The translations under genes and the position numbers were made by a program. A DNA stretch of 45,704 nucleotides, the filler included, from Anaerolineae bacterium (GTDB taxonomy: Bacteria > Chloroflexota > Anaerolineae > B4-G1 > DUEL01), in NCBI GenBank assembly GCA_041082215.1. It is 9 parts of 9 records of this genome, joined end to end, with 100 filler letters (N's around TTAATTAATTAA, not from the genome) between each part and the next. Parts side by side here need not be neighbours in the genome. Positions count along the whole stretch, not along the records: positions 1 to 21,459 come from JBDOIF010000127.1; positions 21,560 to 29,835 come from JBDOIF010000034.1; 7 more parts are not named here. One strand, 5' to 3'. Below the pieces are notes generated by a model. The model saw only the letters and a list, made by a program, of their open reading frames with translations. It was not told the origin of the DNA and did not search any database. The first letter of the stretch is position 1; each line of letters opens with the position of its first letter. This document shows positions 18,909 to 28,451 of the stretch, piece by piece.

Positions 18909-19327
18909 AGCGGTACCGGATTCGCTTTGAGGGCCAGACATTCGACGTCGCCGTGCTGGACAACCCCCGGCTGCAGCGGGTGCGCGTGGAGGTGAACGGG
19001 GAGATCTTCACAGTGGAGGTGGAGAACCTGCTTGCCGGGACGGAAGAGGTTGGGGTGGAGACGACCCCCCATACGTCCTCCCCGTCCGTCATCTCATCTC
19101 CCGTGCCCTCGGCCAGCCTGGTCACCGCGCCCCTGCCCGGCGTGGTCAAGGCCATCGCAGTACGGCCCGGCCAGCGGGTCCGGCCGGACGACGAGCTTCT
19201 CGTCATCGAGGCGATGAAGATGGACAACGTCATCCGCGCTCAACGGGAGGGCGTCATCGGGGCCATTCACGTGACCGAGGGCCGCCAGGTGGCCTACGGC
19301 GACCCCCTGCTGGAGTTCGCGGGCTGA
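18905..19327 (+). CDS. mmdC: Biotin carboxyl carrier subunit
   Basis: MKRYRIRFEG...VTAPLPGVV...IEAMKMDN; ATGA overlap with the previous gene. Confidence 0.9.
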   Translation: MKRYRIRFEGQTFDVAVLDNPRLQRVRVEVNGEIFTVEVENLLAGTEEVGVETTPHTSSPSVISSPVPSASLVTAPLPGVVKAIAVRPGQRVRPDDELLVIEAMKMDNVIRAQREGVIGAIHVTEGRQVAYGDPLLEFAG

Positions 19328-19337
19328 GGAGGCCGCC

Positions 19338-20486
19338 GTGGGCAGGATGGAGCTGAACGGGCTTCTGGGGGGGCTGCTGACTCTTACCTGGCAGCAGGGA
19401 GTGATGGTAGCCGTCGGTGGTCTGTTAATGTACCTGGCCATCGCCAGGAAGTACGAGCCGACCCTTCTTCTCCCCATCGGGTTTGGCTGCATCCTGGGCA
19501 ACCTGCCGGTCTCGGCCTACATGATGGGGCCGGAGGGGCTGTTCGGGGTGCTGAAGCGGGCCGGGATCGAGACGGAGCTGTTCCCTCTTCTGATCTTTCT
19601 GGGCGTGGGGGCGATGATGGACATGCGCCCCCTCCTCAGCCAGCCCATCTTTGTTCTGATGGGGGCGCTGGGCCATCTGGGGATCTTTGCCACGCTGGTT
19701 GTGGCGGTGTTGCTGGGCTTCAACCTGGCCGAGGCGACCGCCATCGGGGTTATCGGCGCCATTGACGGGCCGACGGTCATCTACGTAGGGGCGAAGCTGG
19801 AGCATCTCTTCGAGACGCCCGGACTGGCCGCGGCGGTCGCGGTGACCGCCTACTCCTATATGAGCCTGGTCCCCATCATCCAGCCGCCGTTGATGCGGCT
19901 CTTCACCACCCGTCAGGAGCGGGCTATCCGCATGGAATACACCCCCCGCCCGGTCTCCCGGACAGCCGTCCTGCTCTTTCCCCTTGTGGTGACGGCGCTG
20001 GCGGGCATCTTTCTGCCCCAGGCCGCTCCGCTCATCGCCACACTGATGCTGGGCAATCTGATGAAGGAGTCTGGCGTCGTAGAGGGGCTGAGTCGCACGG
20101 CGCAGGAGGCGATCACCAACACCGCCACCCTCTTTCTGGGATTGACCATCGGCTCGACCATGCAGGGGGCGGCGTTCCTGAACCTGGGCACGCTGAAGGT
20201 ATTGCTCCTGGGCCTGGTGGCCTTTGTCCTCGACACCGTTGGCGGCCTCCTGTTCGGGAAGCTGGTCTGCCTGCTTTCGGGGCGGCGGGTCAACCCGCTG
20301 GTTGGGGCTGCGGCCATCAGCGCCTTTCCGATGAGCGGGCGGCTGGCTCAGCAGGTCGCGCTGGAGGAAGACAACCAGAACTTCATCCTGATGCATGCGC
20401 TGGGGGCCAACACCGCCGGGCAGGTCGCGTCGGTCATTGCCGCTGGCGTACTGATGGCGCTGGTCTTCCCCCTTCTGGGACGCTGA
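19338..20486 (+). CDS. mmdB: Na+-transporting decarboxylase beta subunit (OadB/MmdB family)
   Basis: YEPTLLLPIGFG, FPLLIFLGVGAM, IGAIDGP, AYSYMSLVPIIQPP, HALGANTAG. Confidence 0.92.
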   Translation: MGRMELNGLLGGLLTLTWQQGVMVAVGGLLMYLAIARKYEPTLLLPIGFGCILGNLPVSAYMMGPEGLFGVLKRAGIETELFPLLIFLGVGAMMDMRPLLSQPIFVLMGALGHLGIFATLVVAVLLGFNLAEATAIGVIGAIDGPTVIYVGAKLEHLFETPGLAAAVAVTAYSYMSLVPIIQPPLMRLFTTRQERAIRMEYTPRPVSRTAVLLFPLVVTALAGIFLPQAAPLIATLMLGNLMKESGVVEGLSRTAQEAITNTATLFLGLTIGSTMQGAAFLNLGTLKVLLLGLVAFVLDTVGGLLFGKLVCLLSGRRVNPLVGAAAISAFPMSGRLAQQVALEEDNQNFILMHALGANTAGQVASVIAAGVLMALVFPLLGR

Positions 20487-20550
20487 GGCGGGGAGAGTCG
20501 GGGGCATGGCAGTCGTATCCGCATAGAGCGGGCGCGAACGGAGAGCAGAG

Positions 20551-20587
20551 AACTCCCGCAGGCAGCAAGGCCTGCGGGAGTTTTTTT
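20551..20587 (+). terminator. Intrinsic terminator after the decarboxylase operon (could also be a CRISPR-leader palindrome)
   Basis: AACTCCCGCAGGC-AGCAAG-GCCTGCGGGAGTT followed by a T run. Confidence 0.7.
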
Positions 20588-20820
20588 GGGATACGGACAG
20601 AAGATTGACATCCTGTTCGTCGGAATGCCGGTTTACGTGCAGTACGCGCTTAACTCACTGAACGACGACACCGTTTTGTCACAGGGCTCTTCCGCCATCG
20701 CCAGCCTGAGCTGACGTACATCGCCAGAGAGTCGCACTGGCTTTCTCCAGCCCGCAGACAGCCCCGTGCTCCCCAGGCCATCACAGTCGGTCCTGGAGGC
20801 ACACCTTTACGCCCTGGCCT

Positions 20821-21459
20821 GTCTTAATGCCCTTCCGGGCATTGGGGCGATTCAGACTGGCCTCAAGCCACTCCGCGGGCGATCTGTGGGCGGTCTTAAT
20901 GCCCTTCCGGGCATTGGGGCGATTCAGACTGACGTTGAACGCGAGCGCACTGGCCGGGCAGGGCGATGAGCTGGTCTTAATGCCCTTCCGGGCATTGGGG
21001 CGATTCAGACCCGGGACATCGGCGGGGTGTTATCGGGCTGTTTGGGATAGTCTTAATGCCCTTCCGGGCATTGGGGCGATTCAGACGTGAAAACACCAGC
21101 CCGTATTGCCGAATTGGACCGCCGTGTCTTAATGCCCTTCCGGGCATTGGGGCGATTCAGACCCTTCCTGCATGCTTTACTCCCTGCGCCGACTATCAGG
21201 GTCTTAATGCCCTTCCGGGCATTGGGGCGATTCAGACCTACCTGTGGCTATCAGGGCAAACAGTTCCACAGGAATTGTAGTCTTAATGCCCTTCCGGGCA
21301 TTGGGGCGATTCAGACGTTTGCCGCCGGGCGCTGGCGTGCGGTCAGGGGGGACGTCTTAATGCCCTTCCGGGCATTGGGGCGATTCAGACCTGGTGGAGT
21401 TGGGGGACGTGCGATTATGCCCACGATGGCGGGTCTTAATGCACTTCCGGGCATTGGGG
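20821..21459. CRISPR. CRISPR array: 8 complete repeats plus 1 truncated repeat, 8 spacers of 35-44 nt, cut by the contig end
   Basis: 37-nt repeat GTCTTAATGCCCTTCCGGGCATTGGGGCGATTCAGAC starting at 20821, 20893, 20974, 21050, 21126, 21201, 21280, 21354 and 21433 (last one variant and partial); internal hairpin AATGCCC-TTCC-GGGCATT; no cas genes in the window. Confidence 0.98.
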
Positions 21460-21559
21460 NNNNNNNNNNNNNNNNNNNNNNNNNNNNNNNNNNNNNNNNN
21501 NNNTTAATTAATTAANNNNNNNNNNNNNNNNNNNNNNNNNNNNNNNNNNNNNNNNNNNN
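21460..21559. other. Artificial contig linker (also at 29836, 33671, 35207, 37125, 40292, 42692, 44581; 100 nt each)
   Basis: N44-TTAATTAATTAA-N44, with stops in all six frames. Confidence 0.98.
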
Positions 21560-22875
21560 GTGGAGCAGGTCCCGCCGGACCGCCTCTTTCTGCCGGACCT
21601 CTTCCCAGAGCCGGGCGTTCTCTATGCCGATGCCCACCTGCCGCCCCACCGCCTCCAGCAACCCCAGGTCTTCCGGGCCGATCTCCCCCCGGCCCACCAC
21701 GCTGAGCACCCCGACGGGCTCCTCCTTGATCCGCAGCGGGACGATGGCGTGGCGGACCGGCGTCGCGCCGTTCCCCACGCAGAGCGGACAGGCCGGGCAG
21801 TCGGCCGAGGGCGCCGTATGGACGGTCGGTTGTCCCCTGGCGCGGGCGACCAGGCAGGCCACGCACTTCGGACACTCATACAGCGAGAGCGCGCGGGGCG
21901 AGCCCGCCCAGAAGGAAGCCCGAACCCGGCATTCGTTCCCCGGTCCCGTCAGGCAGACCCACCCCCCCTCCGCACCGAGGACGGAGGCCGTCTCCTTCAG
22001 CACATCCTCCAGGGCCCGCTCCATCTCGGTCGGACCGGCGAGGATGCGGGAGACCCGGTACAGGGTGGAGAGTTCCCGGTTCCGCCGAAGCAGGTCCTGG
22101 TTAAAGGCCTCCATCCCCCGCCGGGACTGCTCCAGCCGTTCCACCATCGCGTTGAACGCGTCCTGCAGGTGGCCGATTTCGTCATCGGCCCAGGGGGTCA
22201 CCCGCTGAGAAAGGTCGCCCTCCGCCACCCGCCGGGTCGCCTCCTCCAGCACCCGGACGGGCCGGGTGAGGAGCCACGTCAGCAGACTGCTGATCCCGAC
22301 TCCCAGCAGGGAGACCCCCAGCGTCGTCAGCAGGAGCCGCCGGGTGGCAGCGCCGACGGTCGCCTGCAGCCGTCGGTAGGACATTCCCACCCGTACCGTT
22401 CCGGCCTGACCCCCGAACACTGGCACCGCCACGTCCTGGATCAATCCCTCTTCCGTCTGGAAAATCTCCCGGCGGTACGGCTCCCCCGCGGCCACGCGAT
22501 TGGCCGTCAGCAGGTCCGGCGGGAACCCCGTCTCAAAAGAGTGGGCCAGGAGGTTCCCTGCGGGTCCACAACGAAGGCGTAGCGCACATCCTCGTTGTTC
22601 CGGACCGTCTCACGGGTCAGGATGTAGAGGCTGTAGAGGTTGTTGGTCAGAATGAGGTCAGTGCTGCGGAAAGCCAGGTCGCGGGCGACTGAGAGGGCCC
22701 GCTCTTCCAGTTCCCGCTCCAGGCTGTGGGCCAGCATTATCCGGGTCTGAGCCGTCAATCCCAGTCCGAGGACAGCAATCATCAGCAGAGGGATGCCCAT
22801 GATTTTCACCCGCAGGCTGACTCCGCTGATGAGCGGCCACAGACGTGCCCAGATTCGCCGGAGCCCCTCCGTCAC
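21560..22875 (-). CDS. Sensor histidine kinase N-terminal part (TM-extracellular-TM-HAMP-GAF), one frameshift, truncated by the contig end
   Basis: ORFs 22507-22875 and 21512-22495 join if one G is added at 22556-22558 (DPQG-NLLAHSFETGFPPDLL); HAMP DEIGHLQDAFNAM; GAF ...IGIENARLWEE. Confidence 0.8.
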
Positions 22876-23803
22876 TTCAGCCCTCCCACCGCCTCCAGGA
22901 CCTTCCGGGCCGAGTCGTAGAGGCGGTCGTCACCCGGCACGAACCGGTCCAATCCCAGCAGGGCAGGACTTCCCGGCCTTCACGGTTACGGTCCATCTCC
23001 AGAAGGACGGCACGCAGCCGGGCCCGCAGGTCTGGGTCCAGCCCTGGCGGCGCGACGACGGGCGGCGCGCCGAAGGGCTCCGACTCCCACAGGACGCGCG
23101 TCCGAGCCCGGTAGAAAGGGTCCTGCTCCAGCAGCGCCTGGTAGACCAGACTGTCCACCGCCGCACCGTCTACCCACCCCTCTGCCACCGCGCGGACGGA
23201 GTTGTCGTGGCTGTAGGTGAAAAGGGTGCGGGAGAAGAATCCTTCCGGTGTCTCGCCGCCCGACTGGAGGAGTGCCAGCGCAGCCATATAACCGGAGAGG
23301 GAGAGCGGGTCAGTGAAGGCAAAGACCCCCCCGCGCAGGTCTTCCCAGTGTTGGGCCGCGCTGCCAGACGGGACGATGAGGTAGGACTGGTAGGTGGTCT
23401 TCCCACCCACCTGGGGGATAGCCAGCAGGTCCATCCCGAACTCCTGCTGGCCCCGGACGTAGGCGCCGGTGCAGATGAAGGCCAGGTCCACCTGGTGGGT
23501 GCGGATCAGTTCGTTGGTCTCGGCGTAGGTGGCTCGCTGAACCAGTTCCACGGGCCGGCCCAGGTGGTCGGCGAGATAGGCCGCCAGGCGGTCGTAAGTG
23601 TGGAGCGTGCTCTGAGGGGAGAGGATGGCCGCGACGGCGACCCGCAGGGGAGGCGGACCGGTATGGGCCAGAAACGGTGTCGGAGACGGCCCCACGGCCT
23701 GCAGGCTGACCTGGCGGTAGGCCGGCCGGGCGCAGGCCGTCAGGAGCAGGACACCAATAACAGAGGCTACGAGGAGCCCAGAGACGGCTGAGCACAACCG
23801 CAT
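22872..23803 (-). CDS. PhnD/AioX-like oxyanion-binding lipoprotein, frameshift near the C-terminus
   Basis: Lipobox LTAC; VELVQRATYAE, VDLAFICTGAY, FAFTDPLSLSG, YSHDNSVRAV...DGAAVDSLVY; adding one base near 22964 restores LALLGLDRFVPGDDRLYD and a GTGA overlap with the kinase. Confidence 0.8.
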
Positions 23804-23963
23804 CTTTGTCGCCCGTGGCGCTGGGGACGGGATAAGGCGTGTGGGTTTCAATTATGATACCTCACTTTGCCCAGGCCAGCAACTCCTGAGGTTCAGACAC
23901 AATTTGGGACAAAGGTGTTTGTGCGAGCGTAACTCAGCCCAGCGGATGTGCCACGAACAAGTA

Positions 23964-25223
23964 TCACTGACCAGGCGGGTTCCACAGGTCGGTCATCACC
24001 TTCCAGTGTTCTTCGCTCAAGTACAAACTCGGCGTGATCCATAGATTGGGGACATCGCTGATCAGGGCGGCCTCCATGGCCTGCTGCAGCGCATCCGGCG
24101 AAATCACTTTCCCGCCCCGAGCCCATAGCCCGATGGAAATGATGATCCGCTCACGGCCGTACCTGCTCAGGTAGCGAGCGATCTCGGCTGTGTAAGTAGG
24201 CCGGTAGCCAGATAGCCCGAAGTAGTCCCAGACGATCAGCCGGTCCGCGTGCTCAAGCAACAGCCCGTAATTCTGTCCCTTGTTGGTGGCTTCCAGTTGG
24301 AGATGTCCCCAACTGACCTCCACATCCACCGACAATTTTTTGCCATGCCGGTGGACTGCCGCAGCGGCGCGTTCCAGAAAACGGCTGATTTCGTAGGAGC
24401 GCCACTTGCCAATGGACGGGTCGTCAATGTTGATCAGGCCGTTAGGGTGGTGGGGCCAATCGGACCGACCGGTATAGGCTTTGTAGGCTCTCAGGTCGTC
24501 CTCACCATAGCCTATCGTGTAATAGGACAACTCGGTAATAGAGATGGAGTTCACGGGGTAATTCGCGGCGATGTATTCCAGCATCGCTATCAGTTGACGT
24601 CCGAACTCGCCGTCCACCAGTTCCGTAGTGCTGACCAGGTCGGGGCTGGGCTGGCCCAGCCAGGAGATGGCCGCGGCTGAGGGATGCGCCGCGATGTAGC
24701 GCGGCGCGAACACGTCCACCACAGCATCTACCTGGGCCCATCGGCTGAACCGCGCCGCGTCCTCGGCCAGGAAATCTATGCCTGTGTCCCGAACGTCGCT
24801 GGACCAATTCTCCTCGTGCCCATCCCATTTGAAGTACGTCCAGTCCACCCGGCCGGCGCCCAGAGCCACCAGATTCACATTGGCCGCTTTCAGCCTCCGT
24901 TCCAGTTTTGCAATCTCCGCCCGGCTGCTGGCATAGTCGTTGAAGTCCACCCGCACTGCGCGCACCGGTTGGGGGATAGGAGTCGGTGTGGGTGTCATAG
25001 TGGGTGTCGGTGTGGGCGTGGGCGTCGTGGTCGGTGTCGGTGTAGAAGTAGGCAAGGGGGTTGGCGTCGGCGTGGGGGAAGGCATCGCTGTCCCTGCGGC
25101 GGATGGGCTGAGGGGAACAACTCCCGGCGAACCCGGTTGTATCCGGCAAGCAGAGAGCAGGAGCAGGAAGAGCACCAGAGTTCCTTGAAAGAGCAGAGAC
25201 CCAGTCCGATACTTCATCTCCAT
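23964..25223 (-). CDS. Lipoprotein with Thr-Pro linker and putative glycoside hydrolase (TIM-barrel-like) domain
   Basis: Lipobox LSAC; TPTPTP linker; aromatic-rich domain (ITELSYY, LIVWDYFG); family assignment is inference. Confidence 0.65.
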   Translation of the reverse strand: MEMKYRTGSLLFQGTLVLFLLLLSACRIQPGSPGVVPLSPSAAGTAMPSPTPTPTPLPTSTPTPTTTPTPTPTPTMTPTPTPIPQPVRAVRVDFNDYASSRAEIAKLERRLKAANVNLVALGAGRVDWTYFKWDGHEENWSSDVRDTGIDFLAEDAARFSRWAQVDAVVDVFAPRYIAAHPSAAAISWLGQPSPDLVSTTELVDGEFGRQLIAMLEYIAANYPVNSISITELSYYTIGYGEDDLRAYKAYTGRSDWPHHPNGLINIDDPSIGKWRSYEISRFLERAAAAVHRHGKKLSVDVEVSWGHLQLEATNKGQNYGLLLEHADRLIVWDYFGLSGYRPTYTAEIARYLSRYGRERIIISIGLWARGGKVISPDALQQAMEAALISDVPNLWITPSLYLSEEHWKVMTDLWNPPGQ

Positions 25224-26443
25224 TAACCCACCGGTCGGCTGGCCACGCCGGTTCGCTCCGCTTTGTGCCATCGGGCCCGGACACCCGTCAGTTCCAGAAT
25301 AATGGCCCACAGCATCACGACATCTATGAAGAGGGAATAGGGCACCCATAGCGGCACGACGTAGAGGTATTTCAGGTCGCTCCATGCCCGGTCCAGCGCG
25401 ATGGAGAACACCGATGCGAAGAGCGCCATTCCCAGGCCCGTCCAGGCAATGAGGCCGAGCAGGTCCAGCCGCACAGGGCTCTGGCCTATCAGGGCCAGAA
25501 TGGGCAGCAGGATGGCTGATAGGAGTTGCAGCAGGGGGATAATGACCATGGTGAGGAAGTTGAGCGGGAGATAGAAGCCGAAGAGACCATAGCGGGGGTT
25601 GAAGAACATGTCCCGATGCAGGCGCGCCGTCTGCAGGAGGCCGCGTGCCCAGCGCACGCGCTGCCTCCACAGGGCGCGGAGGGTGGATGGCACCTCCGCG
25701 TAGACCATCGCTCGGGGCTGAAATGCCACACGGTATCCGGCTTTGTGAACGCGCCAGGTCAGTTCCAGGTCTTCCCCAATGCAATCCTCCCGGAAGGGGC
25801 CAATCGAGGCCAGAACGCTGCGGCGAAACGCGCCGATGTTCCCGGATACAATCGGCAGGCAATCAATGGTCGCCAGCGCGCGGCGTACAAATCCGGAACC
25901 CACATGCGCCTGGATGTTAAGTAGGCGTGTCTGCAGGCGATTCAGGTTCACCGGCGCGTCGTTTCCGCATACAGCCCCTACCCGGGGGCTATCAAATCCC
26001 CGGAGCATTTCCGGGATGGTGCGCGGGGTGAAGATACCGTCGGCGTCCACAAAAAAGATAATCTCGCCCCTCGCCCGCACCAGACCGGCGTTCAACGCCG
26101 AGGCCTTCCCGCCGTTGGGTTTGCTGACCACTATCACTCCGGGGATCTTCTTGTAGCGCCGCATGATGTTGAGAGTGCGGTCCGTGGAACCATCATCCAC
26201 CAGAATGAGTTCCAGTCGCGGGTAGCGGGAGGCGAGGATAGATTCCACGCAGCGCCCGATGACCCTCTCCTCGTTGTATGCCGGTACAATAACGGACACC
26301 AGCGGGGGGGAGTGCCGGAAGACCGGTGGTCGGCGACGGCGAAACGCGTAGGCCAGGGCCAGTGGATAATATGCAAGGGTCAACAATCCTACGGCGAAGC
26401 AGGTAAAGCCGAGGACAAAGAAGAGGGTCAGCAGGGTGTTCAT
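25223..26443 (-). CDS. Processive GT2 glycosyltransferase (PgaC/IcaA-like)
   Basis: VPAYNEE, DDGSTD, NGGKASALN, VDAD, GEDLE, QRVRW; TM helices at both ends. Confidence 0.9.
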   Translation of the reverse strand: MNTLLTLFFVLGFTCFAVGLLTLAYYPLALAYAFRRRRPPVFRHSPPLVSVIVPAYNEERVIGRCVESILASRYPRLELILVDDGSTDRTLNIMRRYKKIPGVIVVSKPNGGKASALNAGLVRARGEIIFFVDADGIFTPRTIPEMLRGFDSPRVGAVCGNDAPVNLNRLQTRLLNIQAHVGSGFVRRALATIDCLPIVSGNIGAFRRSVLASIGPFREDCIGEDLELTWRVHKAGYRVAFQPRAMVYAEVPSTLRALWRQRVRWARGLLQTARLHRDMFFNPRYGLFGFYLPLNFLTMVIIPLLQLLSAILLPILALIGQSPVRLDLLGLIAWTGLGMALFASVFSIALDRAWSDLKYLYVVPLWVPYSLFIDVVMLWAIILELTGVRARWHKAERTGVASRPVG

Positions 26444-27306
26444 TGGGCCATCCCCCAATCGGCAAGGGCGGCGTCCAGGATTTCCGACGCGACAGCGATG
26501 TTTGCACCGAAGCGGGCATTAATTTCCAGCACCACCGGCTCCCCATCGGCGCGGCGACGAATGTCAATATCCAGGGGGCCGATCAGGCCCATCGCCCGGG
26601 CCGCGCGGACAGCCAGGTCGGCCACGTCGGGGACATCCACGCGTTGAACCTCCAGGGCATTGCCCACAATGCCGTCCTTGAGTTTCGTCTTTTCCAAAAC
26701 GATGACAACCGCTCCGCCCTCGCGCCCGATAAAGACGTTCGGAGCATAGTCGGTGCCGGGGATGAATTCCTGCAGGATATAGCGGTCATCCAGCGCGGCG
26801 ACCGAGGGCCACTCCGCCCTTTGCCAGACCCGCACCTCTCGCCCCCCACGGCCGACGCGCGGCTTGCTCAGGCAGGGCCAGCCCAGGAGTTGTTCCACAT
26901 CTTCGGGTGTCCGGACCTGCGAGGGGAGGCAGTAGCGCGGGACACCCACGTGGCGCGCGGCCAGCCACTCAGCTGTCAGGTACTTGTCGTTTGCCCGTGA
27001 CACAGCATCCGGGTGGCTAATCATCGCAGGAATTGGGCTGAACCGGCTCCAGCCAGCAGCAATCACGGGCAGTTCCTCCGACACGGTCGGGATCAGCAGG
27101 TCCACGTTTTCCTCCCCGGCCAGCCGGCTCAGTTCTTCCAGAAAGTGAGGGGCATTCGCCGCTGGGACCAGGTGGAATCGGATTCCGGCCAGGGAGACCG
27201 GGCGCATATCTATGCCAACGACGGTGTACCCGCGCCGCAGCAGGAGTTGGGCCACGTTCCGGCCCGCCGGACCTCCCACTCCTGTAACCATAATGGTCTG
27301 CATCAT
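26440..27306 (-). CDS. ATP-grasp ligase (CarB/PylC-like fold)
   Basis: VTGVGGPAG, DLLIPTVSEEL, NDKY, KPRVGRGGR, LQEFIPG, LEINARFG. Confidence 0.88.
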   Translation of the reverse strand: MMQTIMVTGVGGPAGRNVAQLLLRRGYTVVGIDMRPVSLAGIRFHLVPAANAPHFLEELSRLAGEENVDLLIPTVSEELPVIAAGWSRFSPIPAMISHPDAVSRANDKYLTAEWLAARHVGVPRYCLPSQVRTPEDVEQLLGWPCLSKPRVGRGGREVRVWQRAEWPSVAALDDRYILQEFIPGTDYAPNVFIGREGGAVVIVLEKTKLKDGIVGNALEVQRVDVPDVADLAVRAARAMGLIGPLDIDIRRRADGEPVVLEINARFGANIAVASEILDAALADWGMAQ

Positions 27307-28253
27307 ATGAACTCCAGTTGGAAGTTCGCCCGTACCACCTCAAACCCCTCCGCGTAGCGACAGCGAGCCTGGCCGCCGCGAAAGACGGCCTTTGCACGTA
27401 TCTGTTCTTCCTGCAGATAGGGCTTATCCCGCTGATCCCAGTGCTCCCTGATACTTTCCACTTTGACGTCAATATAATCGCCGATGTCCACAAAGAGGGT
27501 CGGGTGGAACTCGGGGGTTATGGAAGGGCTCTCGTAGCACAGAATGGACCGGGCGTTGCGAGCGGCCTGCAACGTGGCCTCATGCACGGCCCGGTGGTCC
27601 TGATGAAGATCATGGGAAGAATGGGTTATAACGATGTCCGGCTTGAATTCCCGGACCATCTGCTCAATGGCATATCTTATCTCAGCGCGGTATTCGTTGA
27701 GGCGTGTATCCGGGAAATCCAGCACCCGTACCTGCTCCATACCCAGGAACTCGGCGCTACTCCAAGCCTCCCTGAGCCGTACCTCTGCCCGGCCCCCTTT
27801 CTCACCGCGCGTCAGAATCAGCCCCCAGACCACGTGGCCGGAATCCAGGGCCCGGGCGAGAGTTGCACTGCACCCAATTTCAATATCATCCGGATGCGCA
27901 CCGATGGCCAGAATACGCCGGGGGTCGGCCTCATGCTGCTCTGCGACGATGCGCGCGCTGACCAGCGCGAGGATGATGACCGCCTGGCCGATAATACTTC
28001 CATACTCGGAGATAAGGTCCAGCCAGGGTAGTGGCCCCAGCAGGCCCCGAGCCAGCAGATAGACCACCGCCCCGAGGTTAATTCCCGCAAAGATGAGTCC
28101 GATGGTGACCGTCAGCCAGTACAGGATGGTGGCCCGCCGGACAACACGTCGGAGTCGGCGGCGGCGAAAGACCACATATAGGATCAGGGTGATGAAGGCC
28201 GCCGTGGCCGTCAGGTGTCCGATCAATTCTACGATAAGGATGGATCTCTCCAT
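27303..28253 (-). CDS. PIG-L/LmbE-family deacetylase with an N-terminal 3-TM domain
   Basis: GAHPDDIE, HQDH and YAEGF motifs; three hydrophobic segments at the N-terminus. Confidence 0.9.
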   Translation of the reverse strand: MERSILIVELIGHLTATAAFITLILYVVFRRRRLRRVVRRATILYWLTVTIGLIFAGINLGAVVYLLARGLLGPLPWLDLISEYGSIIGQAVIILALVSARIVAEQHEADPRRILAIGAHPDDIEIGCSATLARALDSGHVVWGLILTRGEKGGRAEVRLREAWSSAEFLGMEQVRVLDFPDTRLNEYRAEIRYAIEQMVREFKPDIVITHSSHDLHQDHRAVHEATLQAARNARSILCYESPSITPEFHPTLFVDIGDYIDVKVESIREHWDQRDKPYLQEEQIRAKAVFRGGQARCRYAEGFEVVRANFQLEFI

Positions 28254-28451
28254 TTCTTCACGTGCGAATATTGGGGTTGAATGGTCATCGCACCAGGTTA
28301 TAATACTTACTCTGGGCGAACTATCAAGCAGGTGGCCATTGGCCAGCGGTTTCTGGAAGATGGCGCGCGAATACCTACCCCGCTCACCAGAAAACGATAG
28401 GAGGGGTTACTCTCCCTGGGTGCCGAATAACGGCCGGTGAATGTTTTGCAA

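Noticed and set aside
20858..21432. Self-targeting spacers
   Set aside because: No match to the window was noticed by eye; a real search was not possible.
20766..21515. Short ORFs with repeated MPFRALGRFR / LNALPGIGAIQT
   Set aside because: These are translations of the CRISPR repeats.
21460..21559. Recurring TTAATTAATTAA motif between N runs
   Set aside because: It is an artificial six-frame-stop linker. ORFs ending in X..LIN and gene adjacency across linkers are artefacts.
24975..25080. GGTGTGGGCGT-type tandem repeat
   Set aside because: It encodes an ordinary Thr-Pro linker.
28277..28450. Plus-strand TTGAAT-16-TATAAT suggesting an sRNA or riboswitch before the polysaccharide operon
   Set aside because: The same AT patch also fits a minus-strand promoter (TTGATA-16-TATTAT) for the operon, and no known RNA motif or terminator was recognised.
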